Positions 7,766-17,129 of a stretch of 64,000 nt of DNA are shown piece after piece. Within the stretch, counting starts at the first letter, position 1, and every line of letters begins with the position of its first letter. The notes under the pieces were generated by a model. That model saw only the letters and a program-made list of their open reading frames with translations. It ran no database searches and was not told where the DNA came from. This DNA comes from a virus (taxonomy: Duplodnaviria; Caudoviricetes), in the IMG/VR virus record IMGVR_UViG_3300047321_000298, positions 128,001-192,000 of that record. One strand, given 5' to 3'. A program made the position numbers and the translations under genes.

Positions 7766-7972
7766 ATGAAAGCGGTTCGCGTTGCCCTGATCGTCGGCCC
7801 ATTCATGTTCGCGGCGTTTGAATTTTCGAAGTATCTTCACGTACTGGGGTTAGCAGGTGACCAGAAAACATATTATTGTGCGGGGCGTGACCAACGATTC
7901 GCGTACGCCCGTGGCGCTGGACCCGTCCATCGACCTGTCGAAGATCGCACGGGTTCATCATTTGCTCGATGA
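7766..7972 (+). CDS. possible small membrane protein
   Basis: Good RBS, hydrophobic N-terminus, but overlaps 7857 ORF by 116 nt. Confidence 0.4.
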   Translation: MKAVRVALIVGPFMFAAFEFSKYLHVLGLAGDQKTYYCAGRDQRFAYARGAGPVHRPVEDRTGSSFAR

Positions 7973-8129
7973 GAAGCTGTATCGGGAAATCGGGACCCTG
8001 CATTGGCGCTCGACTTTTCTCGAAGATAAGATGCACGATTGGGATGTGCGCCGTGGTCAGTTCTTCTACTACGCGCACTCGTGTGAAAAAGGTGATGTAG
8101 TGGACCTGGTACTGGAGATTGCAGAATGA
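7857..8129 (+). CDS. hypothetical protein
   Basis: GTG start; ATGA coupling with the next gene. Confidence 0.6.
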   Translation: MTRKHIIVRGVTNDSRTPVALDPSIDLSKIARVHHLLDEKLYREIGTLHWRSTFLEDKMHDWDVRRGQFFYYAHSCEKGDVVDLVLEIAE

Positions 8130-8401
8130 GCGATTTTTTCGGCCTGAGGGGATCGGCCAAAGAGAAGGCCGAAGATGCGCATCACGCAAAGGATGCAGCG
8201 CTGCGGACACTCGATGACGCGATTCGCTCGGTGCGTGGCGTTGCGCTCGATAAGATTGCGGCGCTCGTTCGGCTACACGGAGACACGCCGGTTTCGACCG
8301 CGACGCTTCGCGACATCCTGAACGCGTCTAACAAAGCAATTGATGCTGCAACGCGCATGTACGAAGCAAAAGTCAAACAGATCGAGGAAGCGTACAAATG
8401 A
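8126..8401 (+). CDS. hypothetical helical protein
   Basis: ATGA overlaps at both ends. Confidence 0.75.
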   Translation: MSDFFGLRGSAKEKAEDAHHAKDAALRTLDDAIRSVRGVALDKIAALVRLHGDTPVSTATLRDILNASNKAIDAATRMYEAKVKQIEEAYK

Positions 8402-8688
8402 AAGAAGGTGATCGTCCGGCATTCCCGGCCCATAGCTTTTACAGCGACGGCTCCCCGCAACTTCCGGACGCGACGAACAGCGGGGTGACCTTGCGCGACT
8501 GGTTTGCGACGTTTGCGCCACGGCCACAGAAGTGGCAAATCGACCTAGCGATGCAGAGTGATAGGAATCGAAATCCGCACAACGACTCGCATAAACCTCC
8601 GATCAGATCGCAGACGGAGGTGATCGCCGCCCTACGTTACGACTACGCAGATGCGATGATCAAAGCCCGTAGCTCGAACCGGAAATAG
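8398..8688 (+). CDS. conserved phage hypothetical protein (PAFP...GxTLRDxFA...ADAMxxAR family)
   Basis: PAFP, GVTLRDWFA and YADAMIKAR motifs of a common proteobacterial phage family. Confidence 0.8.
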   Translation: MKEGDRPAFPAHSFYSDGSPQLPDATNSGVTLRDWFATFAPRPQKWQIDLAMQSDRNRNPHNDSHKPPIRSQTEVIAALRYDYADAMIKARSSNRK

Positions 8689-8705
8689 ACGTTGTTCTGA
8701 TGTCG

Positions 8706-8734
8706 TTGACCGTTGTCACTTTGTGCATTACACT
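8706..8734 (+). promoter_or_regulatory. possible sigma70 promoter (cassette-like)
   Basis: TTGACC-N17-TACACT with TTTGTGC in the spacer. Confidence 0.45.
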
Positions 8735-8763
8735 GGGCACGTGATTGATAGCCCCGCGCGTAA

Positions 8764-9183
8764 ATGAATCTTGAACTGATCCCGTTTGATCCCGTCAAGG
8801 CCGCCCATGGGGCCCAGGTCATGACGCGCGATTTTCGCAAGGTTGACTTCGAAGTTTATAACCCCCGGCTCAAAGAACCGGTCCGGTGCCGCGCCATCAT
8901 CGGCAGCACGTTGAACCCGCTGACGTTTTTCGAGAATGGCCGCCGCGTTCTGGAAAAAGAAACGAAGGACGATCTTTTCCTGACTGCTCCCCGGACTATC
9001 GAGGGCGAAGCGGAACCGGATGTGCAAATCGTTGCGCTTGTCGTGGATATGGCGAGCAAACAGAAGGGCGGAAAGCGGACAGTCAAGAAGATGACGCCTG
9101 AGCAGTTCGGACATGTCGCAACCCCCGAACAGATCGCGAAGGCCCTGAAGAACGTCCAACAACGGACCCGGAAAGAAAAATGA
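8764..9183 (+). CDS. hypothetical protein
   Basis: 139-aa ORF coupled to the next gene. Confidence 0.7.
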   Translation: MNLELIPFDPVKAAHGAQVMTRDFRKVDFEVYNPRLKEPVRCRAIIGSTLNPLTFFENGRRVLEKETKDDLFLTAPRTIEGEAEPDVQIVALVVDMASKQKGGKRTVKKMTPEQFGHVATPEQIAKALKNVQQRTRKEK

Positions 9184-9554
9184 GCACCGAGTTTCTGATT
9201 CGCCAAAAGATCAAAGCGCTGAACGGCGCTCGGTACGAGCTAGAGAACGGTGGGGCTCTGACCTTGTGCAACGCCCTGAGCAACACGCTCAACGGCCCGC
9301 ACCCGAAGAACGTGCACATTCCGGTTCAGTGGTGGAACGAGACGTACAAGCAAGGCGTGCGGGAACTCACGAGCTATATGCGCGCTGCGATCAAGCCCCA
9401 TCGAGACCTGAGCGGCTGGCTGAAGGCAAACGGAATGCCAGGCGACTATGTGAGTACGTTCAAGGCCCGTTTTTCATGGCTCGAATGGATGTGGCTTTGC
9501 CTGAAAGAAGACCTCGCAGAATTGGAGAGCGCGAAGAGTGAAGCAGTCACCTGA
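9180..9554 (+). CDS. hypothetical protein
   Basis: ATGA overlap. Confidence 0.7.
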   Translation: MSTEFLIRQKIKALNGARYELENGGALTLCNALSNTLNGPHPKNVHIPVQWWNETYKQGVRELTSYMRAAIKPHRDLSGWLKANGMPGDYVSTFKARFSWLEWMWLCLKEDLAELESAKSEAVT

Positions 9555-9732
9555 TCAACCAAATCCCTACATCGTTGCTTTTGTCGTGCAGCTAGCTAGG
9601 TCCGGCAACTACACCGCCCGCCAGATAACGACTGTGACGCGGTCCGAATTCGTGGGATCGGCAAGTCTTCCGGAAATTAACGCAGCTATAAAGAACGCAG
9701 CAGATCGGCTGCTTAAACAGCATGAGCGCTAA
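9538..9732 (+). CDS. hypothetical protein
   Basis: Short overlapping ORF in the gene string. Confidence 0.55.
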   Translation: MKQSPDQPNPYIVAFVVQLARSGNYTARQITTVTRSEFVGSASLPEINAAIKNAADRLLKQHER

Positions 9733-9964
9733 GATGAAAGAGCGAACTAAAGAAGAATTCACGGCCCGCTTTCGCGGAGTTGCTCCCCACAAGGTAGCAC
9801 GGGCTCTTACGGCGTTGGTCCCAGGCATTAGCTTTAGCGGCTGTTCAAAGGGTCACCTTGCCGACGTGTGGGTTTCGTGTCTAACGAGTCACGGTTACGA
9901 AAAGGTACGCCACGTCGAACTGGATGACCTCGAAGCGAAAATCAAGGATTTCTACCCGAAATGA
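9722..9964 (+). CDS. hypothetical protein
   Basis: Overlapping gene string. Confidence 0.65.
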   Translation: MSAKMKERTKEEFTARFRGVAPHKVARALTALVPGISFSGCSKGHLADVWVSCLTSHGYEKVRHVELDDLEAKIKDFYPK

Positions 9965-10131
9965 AAGCCAAGCTACTAGAGAAACCGGACGGCTACACGA
10001 GCCGTTACTACGAGGTCACGGTCGGCAAGGAGTATACGGTACTCGATACACGGGGTTCGTGCTTCCTGATCCGTGATGACACTGGGGAAGAAGCAACAAT
10101 CGCAACCGCCAGGTTCGAGGTAACTGGATGA
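9961..10131 (+). CDS. small SH3-like beta protein (56 aa; below ORF-track cutoff)
   Basis: Translated by hand: VTVGKEYTVLDTRGSCFLIRDDTG; ATGA overlap. Confidence 0.65.
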   Translation: MKAKLLEKPDGYTSRYYEVTVGKEYTVLDTRGSCFLIRDDTGEEATIATARFEVTG

Positions 10132-10171
10132 TCGAACAACTGCGGACCTGACTCTGTCGGCACGCGCAAAG

Positions 10172-10200
10172 AAAAGGAGCCATTGGGCTCCTTTTTTATT
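10172..10200 (+). terminator. intrinsic (bidirectional-type) terminator
   Basis: AAAAGGAGCC-attg-GGCTCCTTTT then TTATT. Confidence 0.9.
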
Positions 10201-10203
10201 TGG

Positions 10204-10262
10204 AAATCTAAGCTGCTCCAGTAAATAGGCTAGTGAAACACCCCTCAACCCGCAACTAGCCT
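10204..10262 (+). promoter_or_regulatory. bipartite AAATCT-N10-AGTAAATA motif plus leader hairpin
   Basis: Motif 10220-10227; hairpin AGGCTAGT/ACTAGCCT 10227-10262. Confidence 0.65.
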
Positions 10263-10271
10263 GGGGCAGTC

Positions 10272-11387
10272 ATGAAAGAAAGTCCGTTCGCACGCAAATC
10301 CAGCGTGGCGGCTCCCGTAGTCCCCCTTCATCAGGACACTAGCGAAAACGCGCTGGCCGTCCGTCAATCCACGTTCGTAGCCGGAAAATCAAAGGCGCTG
10401 CCCGTCATCCGCTGGACAAGCGATGACATCGACCGCATTGGCTCAGAAGCCTCGAAGCGCAACACAGCGCTCACGGATCGCGTTACGAAGAAGATGACGT
10501 TGAACCGCTTGGGCGACATCGGCAGTCTACTGGCCGATCTTCAAACGAAAGCGAACGGGATGGAACCCGGCAATCTGCTCAACAAGGGCGGAGTCTTTGG
10601 CTGGTTTCAGCAAAAGTTCGTGGACATCCGCAAGGAACTCACTATCCGTTTCACGACCGTCGATGAAGCATTCGAAAAGCTCGTCGGTGGTATTTCTGCG
10701 CACGTCGGTGTGCTGCGCGAATGGGAAAAAGACGATGACGTGATGTACGCGGAGAACTATGAGCGCTTCCGCGACTTCCTGCAATCGAAGAACGAAATCG
10801 AAGCGGTGATCGCGGAACTGACTGCAGCGGTTAATGCATGGCCCGATGCCGATCCTGCCGACCCAGAGGCTGTGATGAAAGCGCAGCAACGGCTGGCCGC
10901 ACAGGAACTGCTCAACCGCGCTGAGGTGCGTCGCGAAAGCATCTTGCGGAGCATGACGAAATGCGAGACGAACGGCCCGGAAATTCTGATGATGAAATCC
11001 GTGTCCTCGAAGCTGATCGCGAAGTTCACGGCCGACGCGACCGACATCGTTCCCGAAATCAAACGCGAAATCGCGAAGGAAATCCAGCGACTGAACACGA
11101 TGGACGCAATCGCCGTTCAGCAGGCGTTCAAGGACTTCGCCAACACGACACTGACGCAAGGCGCTCAGCGCTCAAAAGACATGGTGCTCGCTGGCAACAA
11201 GGCATTCAACGAAGCCACGATCACGACGAACACGATCAGCACAATCCAGAACTCGGTACGCGACATGGTTACAGGCGCGCAAACGATCATGGAAGAGGCG
11301 CGTGCGCGACGTGACCAGGAGCAACGCCAGATTGAAGCGAACCAAAAACTGCTGCTGGCCGATCTGCAAAAGCGCGGCGCAGTGTAA
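10272..11387 (+). CDS. telA: toxic anion resistance protein, TelA/KlaA family
   Basis: 371-aa helical protein with TelA-type layout; first gene of a Ter-type cluster. Confidence 0.8.
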   Translation: MKESPFARKSSVAAPVVPLHQDTSENALAVRQSTFVAGKSKALPVIRWTSDDIDRIGSEASKRNTALTDRVTKKMTLNRLGDIGSLLADLQTKANGMEPGNLLNKGGVFGWFQQKFVDIRKELTIRFTTVDEAFEKLVGGISAHVGVLREWEKDDDVMYAENYERFRDFLQSKNEIEAVIAELTAAVNAWPDADPADPEAVMKAQQRLAAQELLNRAEVRRESILRSMTKCETNGPEILMMKSVSSKLIAKFTADATDIVPEIKREIAKEIQRLNTMDAIAVQQAFKDFANTTLTQGAQRSKDMVLAGNKAFNEATITTNTISTIQNSVRDMVTGAQTIMEEARARRDQEQRQIEANQKLLLADLQKRGAV

Positions 11388-11409
11388 ATCTTTTTAACGG
11401 AGAAGAAAA

Positions 11410-12171
11410 ATGAGCGATCAGAGTTTCGTGTTGGACCTCTCGAAGTCCTTCGAACTGAATCTGGAAAAAGCGGGTGTCACAGAAATCCCGGTGTTGCGTA
11501 CGCGCGCAGCAATCGACAAGAGCGGCAGCATGAGCATGAACTTCGCACGCGGCTTTGCACAGCGCGCGGTCGATCTGTTCATCGCTGCGGCCCTCAAGTT
11601 CGATGACAACGGCGAACTGGAAATCGGTTTCTTCAACGAGAGTTTTGACGAAACGCCCGTTGCGGTGCTGGCTGATGCCGGTGTCTACATGACCACGAAG
11701 GCCCGTCATATCCGCGCAGATGGTGGCACGCGTTTCGATCCGATCATCGAATGGACGCTGGAAGAAGACACGCGAGAAGGCGCAGGCAGCACCGCTACAG
11801 AGAAGCCGGGTTTCTTCGGCCGCATGTTCGGTAAGAAGCCGGTCACGACGAAGATCGAAAGCGCGCTGCCTGAGTGTGGTCAGTACACGGGCATCATCAC
11901 TGACGGCGAACTGTCTGCGCGGGATAAGGCCCTGTTCGAAGCTAGCCTGACACGCATGAACGTGGCTGACTCGTTCTATCAGTTCATCGGCATCGGTTCC
12001 GACGTGGACAGCGACTATCTGGAGCGTGTCTGCGGGCAGTACCCGAATCTGGCTTTCGTCCAAATCGAAGACCCGCTGTCGTTCGACAATGACGAGTTCT
12101 ATGCAGAACTCTGCGGCGAAAAGCTGGTCGCGTGGATCGACCAATACAACGCAGCGCGGAGTGGCAAGTAA
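11410..12171 (+). CDS. vWA (TerF-like) domain protein
   Basis: MIDAS DKSGS, GGT, IITDG, QFIGIG motifs. Confidence 0.9.
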   Translation: MSDQSFVLDLSKSFELNLEKAGVTEIPVLRTRAAIDKSGSMSMNFARGFAQRAVDLFIAAALKFDDNGELEIGFFNESFDETPVAVLADAGVYMTTKARHIRADGGTRFDPIIEWTLEEDTREGAGSTATEKPGFFGRMFGKKPVTTKIESALPECGQYTGIITDGELSARDKALFEASLTRMNVADSFYQFIGIGSDVDSDYLERVCGQYPNLAFVQIEDPLSFDNDEFYAELCGEKLVAWIDQYNAARSGK

Positions 12172-13196
12172 TGAAAAAGTTGATTCTGATTCCGCTGCTC
12201 ATCGCGACGGGCGCGCTGTTCGCGCTGTGGTACAAGACGCATGATATGTCGTATCTGTACCAGGCTATCACGCTGTCCCTGATCGAAATATCGATGTCGT
12301 TCGATAACGCGGTAGCCAACGAGCGGAAGCTCCGCAACATGTCGAACTTCTGGCGCGAGATGTTCTTTTGGGTCGGTCTACCGATTGCAGTCGTTGGCAT
12401 GCGGTTCTACATTCCGCTCGAAATCGTGGCACAGATCGAAGGCATTGGTGTGAACGACGCCTACCACATGGCGATGACGAACAGCGTCCATTTTGCTGAA
12501 ACCCTAACCTCCGCGCATCAGGCAATCGCTGGGTTCGGCGGTGCGTTCTTGCTGCTGACTGCACTTGAGTTCTTCACGGGTGACGAGAAGGAGCATGTGT
12601 GGATTCCGGGCGAAGAGATTCTGTCGAAGATTGGCGTGATCAAGGGTTTGGAATTCGTCGCAGTGTTCGCAGCAACGTTGCTCGCCTATGTCGAAACGCA
12701 CAGCGTTCCCCTCGTTCTGGCTTCGCTGGCTGGTTGCATTACGTTCGTCGCAATGGGCGCACTGAAGCAGGGTATGGAGCACGTAGACGGCTGGTTGGGT
12801 GCGAGCGGTAGCTCGGTAGCTCGCGTTCTGTCTGGCGGCTTGGGCGGCTTCCTTTACCTTGAAGTGCTGGACGCGAGTTTTTCGCTCGATGGTGTTGTGG
12901 CAGCATTCGCGATTTCCAAAAACATCTGGGTGGTTGCTGTCGGTCTCGGCATCGGTGCTGCGTTCGTGCGTGAACTCACGCTATGGATGCTCAAGTCCGG
13001 GCTGACCGCATCCTTGAAGTTCCTGCCGAACGGCGCGTTCTTCTCGATCCTGGCGCTCTCGCTGTCGATGTACTACACGGCAGCACACGAACTTCCTGAG
13101 TGGTTGATTGCCGCTATGTCGGTCGGTTTCATCGTGGCCGCTGGCGTCTCGTCACTCGTTTCTAACCGTAACGCTGTCGCAACACAAGGAGCATGA
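12171..13196 (+). CDS. DUF475 / TerC-like integral membrane protein
   Basis: EISMSFDNAVAN and LYLEVLDASFSLDGVVAAFA motifs; many TM segments; TAATG coupling. Confidence 0.9.
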   Translation: MKKLILIPLLIATGALFALWYKTHDMSYLYQAITLSLIEISMSFDNAVANERKLRNMSNFWREMFFWVGLPIAVVGMRFYIPLEIVAQIEGIGVNDAYHMAMTNSVHFAETLTSAHQAIAGFGGAFLLLTALEFFTGDEKEHVWIPGEEILSKIGVIKGLEFVAVFAATLLAYVETHSVPLVLASLAGCITFVAMGALKQGMEHVDGWLGASGSSVARVLSGGLGGFLYLEVLDASFSLDGVVAAFAISKNIWVVAVGLGIGAAFVRELTLWMLKSGLTASLKFLPNGAFFSILALSLSMYYTAAHELPEWLIAAMSVGFIVAAGVSSLVSNRNAVATQGA

Positions 13197-13197
13197 C

Positions 13198-13785
13198 ATG
13201 GCCGCTTTTGAACTCGATCTGGTCAAGGACAAGGGTTTCGAACTCGATCTGAACAAGGAATTCCCAACACTCTCGAAGCTGCGTTTCGAAGTGACGTGGA
13301 AGGAGCATCCGGTCAATAAGTCGTCGCATCAAGACGGCTACGACCTGGACCTGTCGGTGTTTGCGCTCGACGCAGAAGGTATCGTGGAAGCGCCGAAGCA
13401 CATTCTGTTCTTCAACAACAAGAATGTGTTCGAAGGCGCTGGCATTCTGCCGAAGGACAACCGCACGGGCGGCAAAGAGTTCCTGACGCTCGATCTGACG
13501 AAGTTCCCCGACTTCATCAAGCAACTCGACATGTACGTGAACATCTTCGAAGCGGTGAAACGTGCGCAGACGTTCCTGATGATGCAGGACGCGAGGGTCA
13601 AGCTGATCGATGACGAAAAGGGCGAAGACTTGATCACGCTGAAGCTCACGGACTACACGAACGACAACGCGTTGCACGTCGTGTCGCTCCCGCGTAACGA
13701 CAACGGCTTCACGTTCAAGCTGGTCGGCGCGTCGGCAGCGGTCGATAGCGGCCTGAACAGCATCCTCGCGAACTACCGTCCGTAA
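13198..13785 (+). CDS. terD: TerD-family protein
   Basis: DLDLS, FFNN, DNRTG..E, VNIFEA..R.QTF motifs. Confidence 0.9.
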   Translation: MAAFELDLVKDKGFELDLNKEFPTLSKLRFEVTWKEHPVNKSSHQDGYDLDLSVFALDAEGIVEAPKHILFFNNKNVFEGAGILPKDNRTGGKEFLTLDLTKFPDFIKQLDMYVNIFEAVKRAQTFLMMQDARVKLIDDEKGEDLITLKLTDYTNDNALHVVSLPRNDNGFTFKLVGASAAVDSGLNSILANYRP

Positions 13786-13794
13786 GGAGTCGAA

Positions 13795-14070
13795 ATGGGG
13801 TTCATGGTTTCTGTGGATGGTATGCGGGCACCCAAATACGTGCATGCAACGATTGACGACGCGATAACGGAGGCTATGCGCATTCAGCAATTGAGTGTGG
13901 AGCAGCGCGGCTGGTGCCAGCCTGTGCGCATCACTGAAGAAGTCATGACCCTGCCATCGGTGCAGCGCAACGGCCTGATGAATCTCGACGAGCTAGACAT
14001 CATCAGGAACAGCGTTCAAGTCAAGATCGACACGATGGTCCAACTTTTCAGGCGCTGCGTTAAATCGTGA
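13795..14070 (+). CDS. hypothetical protein
   Basis: AAGGAG RBS. Confidence 0.7.
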   Translation: MGFMVSVDGMRAPKYVHATIDDAITEAMRIQQLSVEQRGWCQPVRITEEVMTLPSVQRNGLMNLDELDIIRNSVQVKIDTMVQLFRRCVKS

Positions 14071-14098
14071 AAATTTAGCCAGCTATTGCTGGGGCAGC

Positions 14099-14147
14099 AG
14101 TAAATAGGGAGTTGAGGGGGTTTTCCTCTCAACTCCTTTTTTCTTTT
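14099..14147 (+). terminator. AGTAAATA immediately followed by a strong terminator-like hairpin
   Basis: GGAGTTGAGGGG-tttt-CCTCTCAACTCC then TTTTTT. Confidence 0.8.
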
Positions 14148-14159
14148 CGCGGGGCGTCT

Positions 14160-14366
14160 ATGCATCAATTGCCAGTCATCGTGAAGCGTACGGCGCTCCC
14201 GATTGACTTCAACGAGGGCACGTACTATTTCGACCCCTCCGATGAACGCTGGAAGCCTTATCGCAGCGTTCCGTACGACTACGGCGTTATCCGAAATTTC
14301 TTTCGCCGGTTGAAGCTCGCATACGGCGTCTTCACCGGCCGCTACGACTGTCTTGACTGGTCCTAA
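14160..14366 (+). CDS. hypothetical protein
   Basis: GGGG RBS-like, ATG 14160. Confidence 0.55.
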   Translation: MHQLPVIVKRTALPIDFNEGTYYFDPSDERWKPYRSVPYDYGVIRNFFRRLKLAYGVFTGRYDCLDWS

Positions 14367-14390
14367 TTCTCACAAAACACGGAGCTAACA

Positions 14391-14903
14391 ATGAACAACC
14401 AAAAAACCGATAACCTGGTGCAGATGATCGAGTCGCTGGTCCAGGAACAGACGTTCTCGCTGGACGCCGTCGAAGCAATCAAGGCGCTGCGTGACAGGGC
14501 TGAAAGCGTTCAGCAAAAACTGGAAGAGACGCAGCAAACACTTCAGAAGACTCGCGACCAAGTCACCGAGGTGACCGCCAAGGCTGAGAGCCTGCGCGAA
14601 GAACTGAATGCATGGAAGAAACGCGAAGCCGAACTGGCGACTCGCGAACGCAACATCTTCGCACTGGAAATGAAGGCGGCTGTAGCTGAGGCGAAGGCAG
14701 ACGCCTACCAAACGTCCATGAAGATCACGTTCGCTCCGAACCTCGTGCGCAATGCCGTACAAAGTTTCGGCGGCAGTAACCAGAATGGTGGTTACAACAC
14801 CATCAACGAAAGCTCAACCCGGACAGTAGTTGACGGCTACGCGCGTGACGGTGATGCGGATGCAAACGGCGGTGCAGGTGCTCAGCCGAAGAACACGCTC
14901 TAA
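14391..14903 (+). CDS. coiled-coil hypothetical protein
   Basis: GGAG RBS; heptad-like central region. Confidence 0.75.
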   Translation: MNNQKTDNLVQMIESLVQEQTFSLDAVEAIKALRDRAESVQQKLEETQQTLQKTRDQVTEVTAKAESLREELNAWKKREAELATRERNIFALEMKAAVAEAKADAYQTSMKITFAPNLVRNAVQSFGGSNQNGGYNTINESSTRTVVDGYARDGDADANGGAGAQPKNTL

Positions 14904-14912
14904 AAGAAAAAC

Positions 14913-16136
14913 ATGAACCAGAACGAAATTTACGAATCCTGGTTCCAGGGGCGTGCTCGCTTCTGGACCGGACAAATGCCAGTGGAGCAGGAAGCTCTGG
15001 ATCAGGTGCGCAACATTTCTCAGTTGCCCATTTTGGCCGGTCACGTTGCGCTCATGCCGGACATTCACTTCGGAATGGGTGCGACGGTCGGTTCAGTCAT
15101 CCCGCTGAATAGCGCGGTGATTCCGGCCGCTGTTGGTGTCGATATCGGCTGCGGTATGGTGGCGGTTCAAACGACCCTCAAGGCGTCCGATCTGCCTGAC
15201 TCGTTGCACGACCTGAGGCACCAGATCGAACGCGATGTGCCGACTGGCTTTAACTATCACAATCGTCCGATTTCGCTGCACGCGAAGGGTCTGGAGGGGC
15301 TCGCGCTGGAGCAAACGCGCACGAATCTTCTGGGACGATTCTCTGATCTTCGGATCATGAAGCGCGTTGGCCGCTTCGATGAGAAGCGCATGGAATTGCA
15401 GCTTGGAACGTTGGGCGGAGGCAATCATTTTGCCGAAATCTGTCTGGACACCAAACAAAATGTGTGGGTGATGCTGCACTCCGGTTCGCGCAACGTCGGC
15501 AAGACAATCGGGGAGTGCGCAACTGAACTCGCTAAAGAGGAAGTCAAGAAGAAGCACGTCGAACTGGTTGACTACAACCTTGCGTGGTTTGCCGAAGGCG
15601 AGCCCCTGTTCGATGAGTACGTTGAGGGCCTGAACTGGGCGCAGGAATATGCGCGGCTGAACCGTGATCTGATGCTCCTGCTCGTACTTGATGCAATGAA
15701 GCGCAAGCTCCCGGAGTTCACGCTAGTCAACAAGGCCGTAAATTGCCACCACAACTATCTGTCGAAAGAGACGCACTTCGGACGCGATATGTGGATCACG
15801 CGTAAGGGCGCTGTGTCCGCTCAGAAAGGACAGCTTGGCATCATCCCCGGATCGATGGGCGCTAAGTCGTTCATCGTGTGCGGCAAGGGTCACGAGGCGG
15901 CTTATTGCTCGTGCTCCCACGGTGCGGGCCGTAAGCTGTCACGAACCAAGGCGAAAAAGCTGTTCTCGATTGACGATCTGCGCGAGCAAACGGCGGGTGT
16001 TGAGTGTCGGAAAGACGGCGGAGTTCTGGACGAACTGCCCGCTGCCTATAAGGACATCGATGAGGTGATGGAAGCTCAATCGGACTTGGTAGAAGTGAGA
16101 GCCGAACTCAAGCAGATTCTCTGTATCAAGGGCTAG
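14913..16136 (+). CDS. rtcB: RtcB-family RNA ligase (3'-phosphate/5'-OH)
   Basis: MPDIH, VGVDIGCG, GTLGGGNHF, HSGSR, HHNY, RKGA, IPGSMG, SHGAGR, YKDI motifs. Confidence 0.97.
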   Translation: MNQNEIYESWFQGRARFWTGQMPVEQEALDQVRNISQLPILAGHVALMPDIHFGMGATVGSVIPLNSAVIPAAVGVDIGCGMVAVQTTLKASDLPDSLHDLRHQIERDVPTGFNYHNRPISLHAKGLEGLALEQTRTNLLGRFSDLRIMKRVGRFDEKRMELQLGTLGGGNHFAEICLDTKQNVWVMLHSGSRNVGKTIGECATELAKEEVKKKHVELVDYNLAWFAEGEPLFDEYVEGLNWAQEYARLNRDLMLLLVLDAMKRKLPEFTLVNKAVNCHHNYLSKETHFGRDMWITRKGAVSAQKGQLGIIPGSMGAKSFIVCGKGHEAAYCSCSHGAGRKLSRTKAKKLFSIDDLREQTAGVECRKDGGVLDELPAAYKDIDEVMEAQSDLVEVRAELKQILCIKG

Positions 16137-16138
16137 AC

Positions 16139-16756
16139 ATGGGCACTCTTTACTTCACGGCCGATCTGCACTTCAACCACCGCTCAATCCTGAATCCCGA
16201 ATACACGAATCGCTGGGAAGCTCTACCTTGTGATGAGGCGCACCTGACGCTAAGCGAACAGATCGAAGCTCACAATCGTTGGATCATCGACACGATCAAC
16301 GAGCGCGTCACCGACAAAGACCACCTGTATTTTCTAGGTGACGTGGCGTTCGGTTCGAGGTGGGAAGCCGCTGCGCTGATCGACCAGATTAACGGTCACA
16401 AACACCTGGTGTGGGGCAACCATGACTCGAAGCTCGTGGACTTCTACAAAGCGTCCGGCCTGTTCGAGACTGTGACTAAGTACGCAGAGGTCATTTACTC
16501 GAAAAAGCGCCTGGTCTTGTTCCATGCTCCGATTGCCGAATGGGAAAACGGTCATCACGGCGCTATCCATCTGCACGGGCACACGCACGGAAATTTCGAC
16601 TACGAGAGAGCGGGGCTCTCGAACAAGCGGATTCTCGACGTGGGCTGGGACAACTCGAAGAAGGCGTTGGGTTTCTACGGACCGATTTCCTTCGAGCAGG
16701 TTGAAAGCTACATGGAGGGTCGCGAGTCGATCACCCACCACGGGCAGGCAGACTGA
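16139..16756 (+). CDS. calcineurin-like metallophosphoesterase
   Basis: DLHFNH, LGD, GNHD, HGHTH motifs. Confidence 0.93.
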   Translation: MGTLYFTADLHFNHRSILNPEYTNRWEALPCDEAHLTLSEQIEAHNRWIIDTINERVTDKDHLYFLGDVAFGSRWEAAALIDQINGHKHLVWGNHDSKLVDFYKASGLFETVTKYAEVIYSKKRLVLFHAPIAEWENGHHGAIHLHGHTHGNFDYERAGLSNKRILDVGWDNSKKALGFYGPISFEQVESYMEGRESITHHGQAD

Positions 16757-16757
16757 C

Positions 16758-16946
16758 ATGGCAAAGCAGAATAAACGCGAATTCGTGGTGTATGTGCGGA
16801 TGAACGGGGAGCCCAAAGGATGGACATACATGCTAATGGCTCGATCCGCTGGGCATGCGGTGGAGCGCATCCTGTGGCATACGGGTTGGCTTCCCGCGCA
16901 ATACGGTGACCGATTCGTGACTGCCGTTGCAGAGATACCCTTTTGA
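16758..16946 (+). CDS. hypothetical protein
   Basis: ATG 1 nt after the upstream stop. Confidence 0.6.
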   Translation: MAKQNKREFVVYVRMNGEPKGWTYMLMARSAGHAVERILWHTGWLPAQYGDRFVTAVAEIPF

Positions 16947-16952
16947 GGAAAA

Positions 16953-17129
16953 ATGGATAAATCCCAGTGGGTGTTTTTGGGCGTTTGCGTTCCGCTAGTC
17001 GTCGTTGCTATGGTCCTCTGTGTCGGGCTGCTCATCGTGATCTATTGGGCGATGGCCTGGACTCTGGGGTCGTTCCTGGGGATCATGGTCGGAGCCTTCG
17101 TCAATGGATTTCGCGTGCTGGCTAGTTGA
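16953..17129 (+). CDS. small membrane protein (58 aa; below ORF-track cutoff)
   Basis: Translated by hand; GAGG RBS; two hydrophobic stretches; stop in the next -35 box. Confidence 0.65.
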   Translation: MDKSQWVFLGVCVPLVVVAMVLCVGLLIVIYWAMAWTLGSFLGIMVGAFVNGFRVLAS

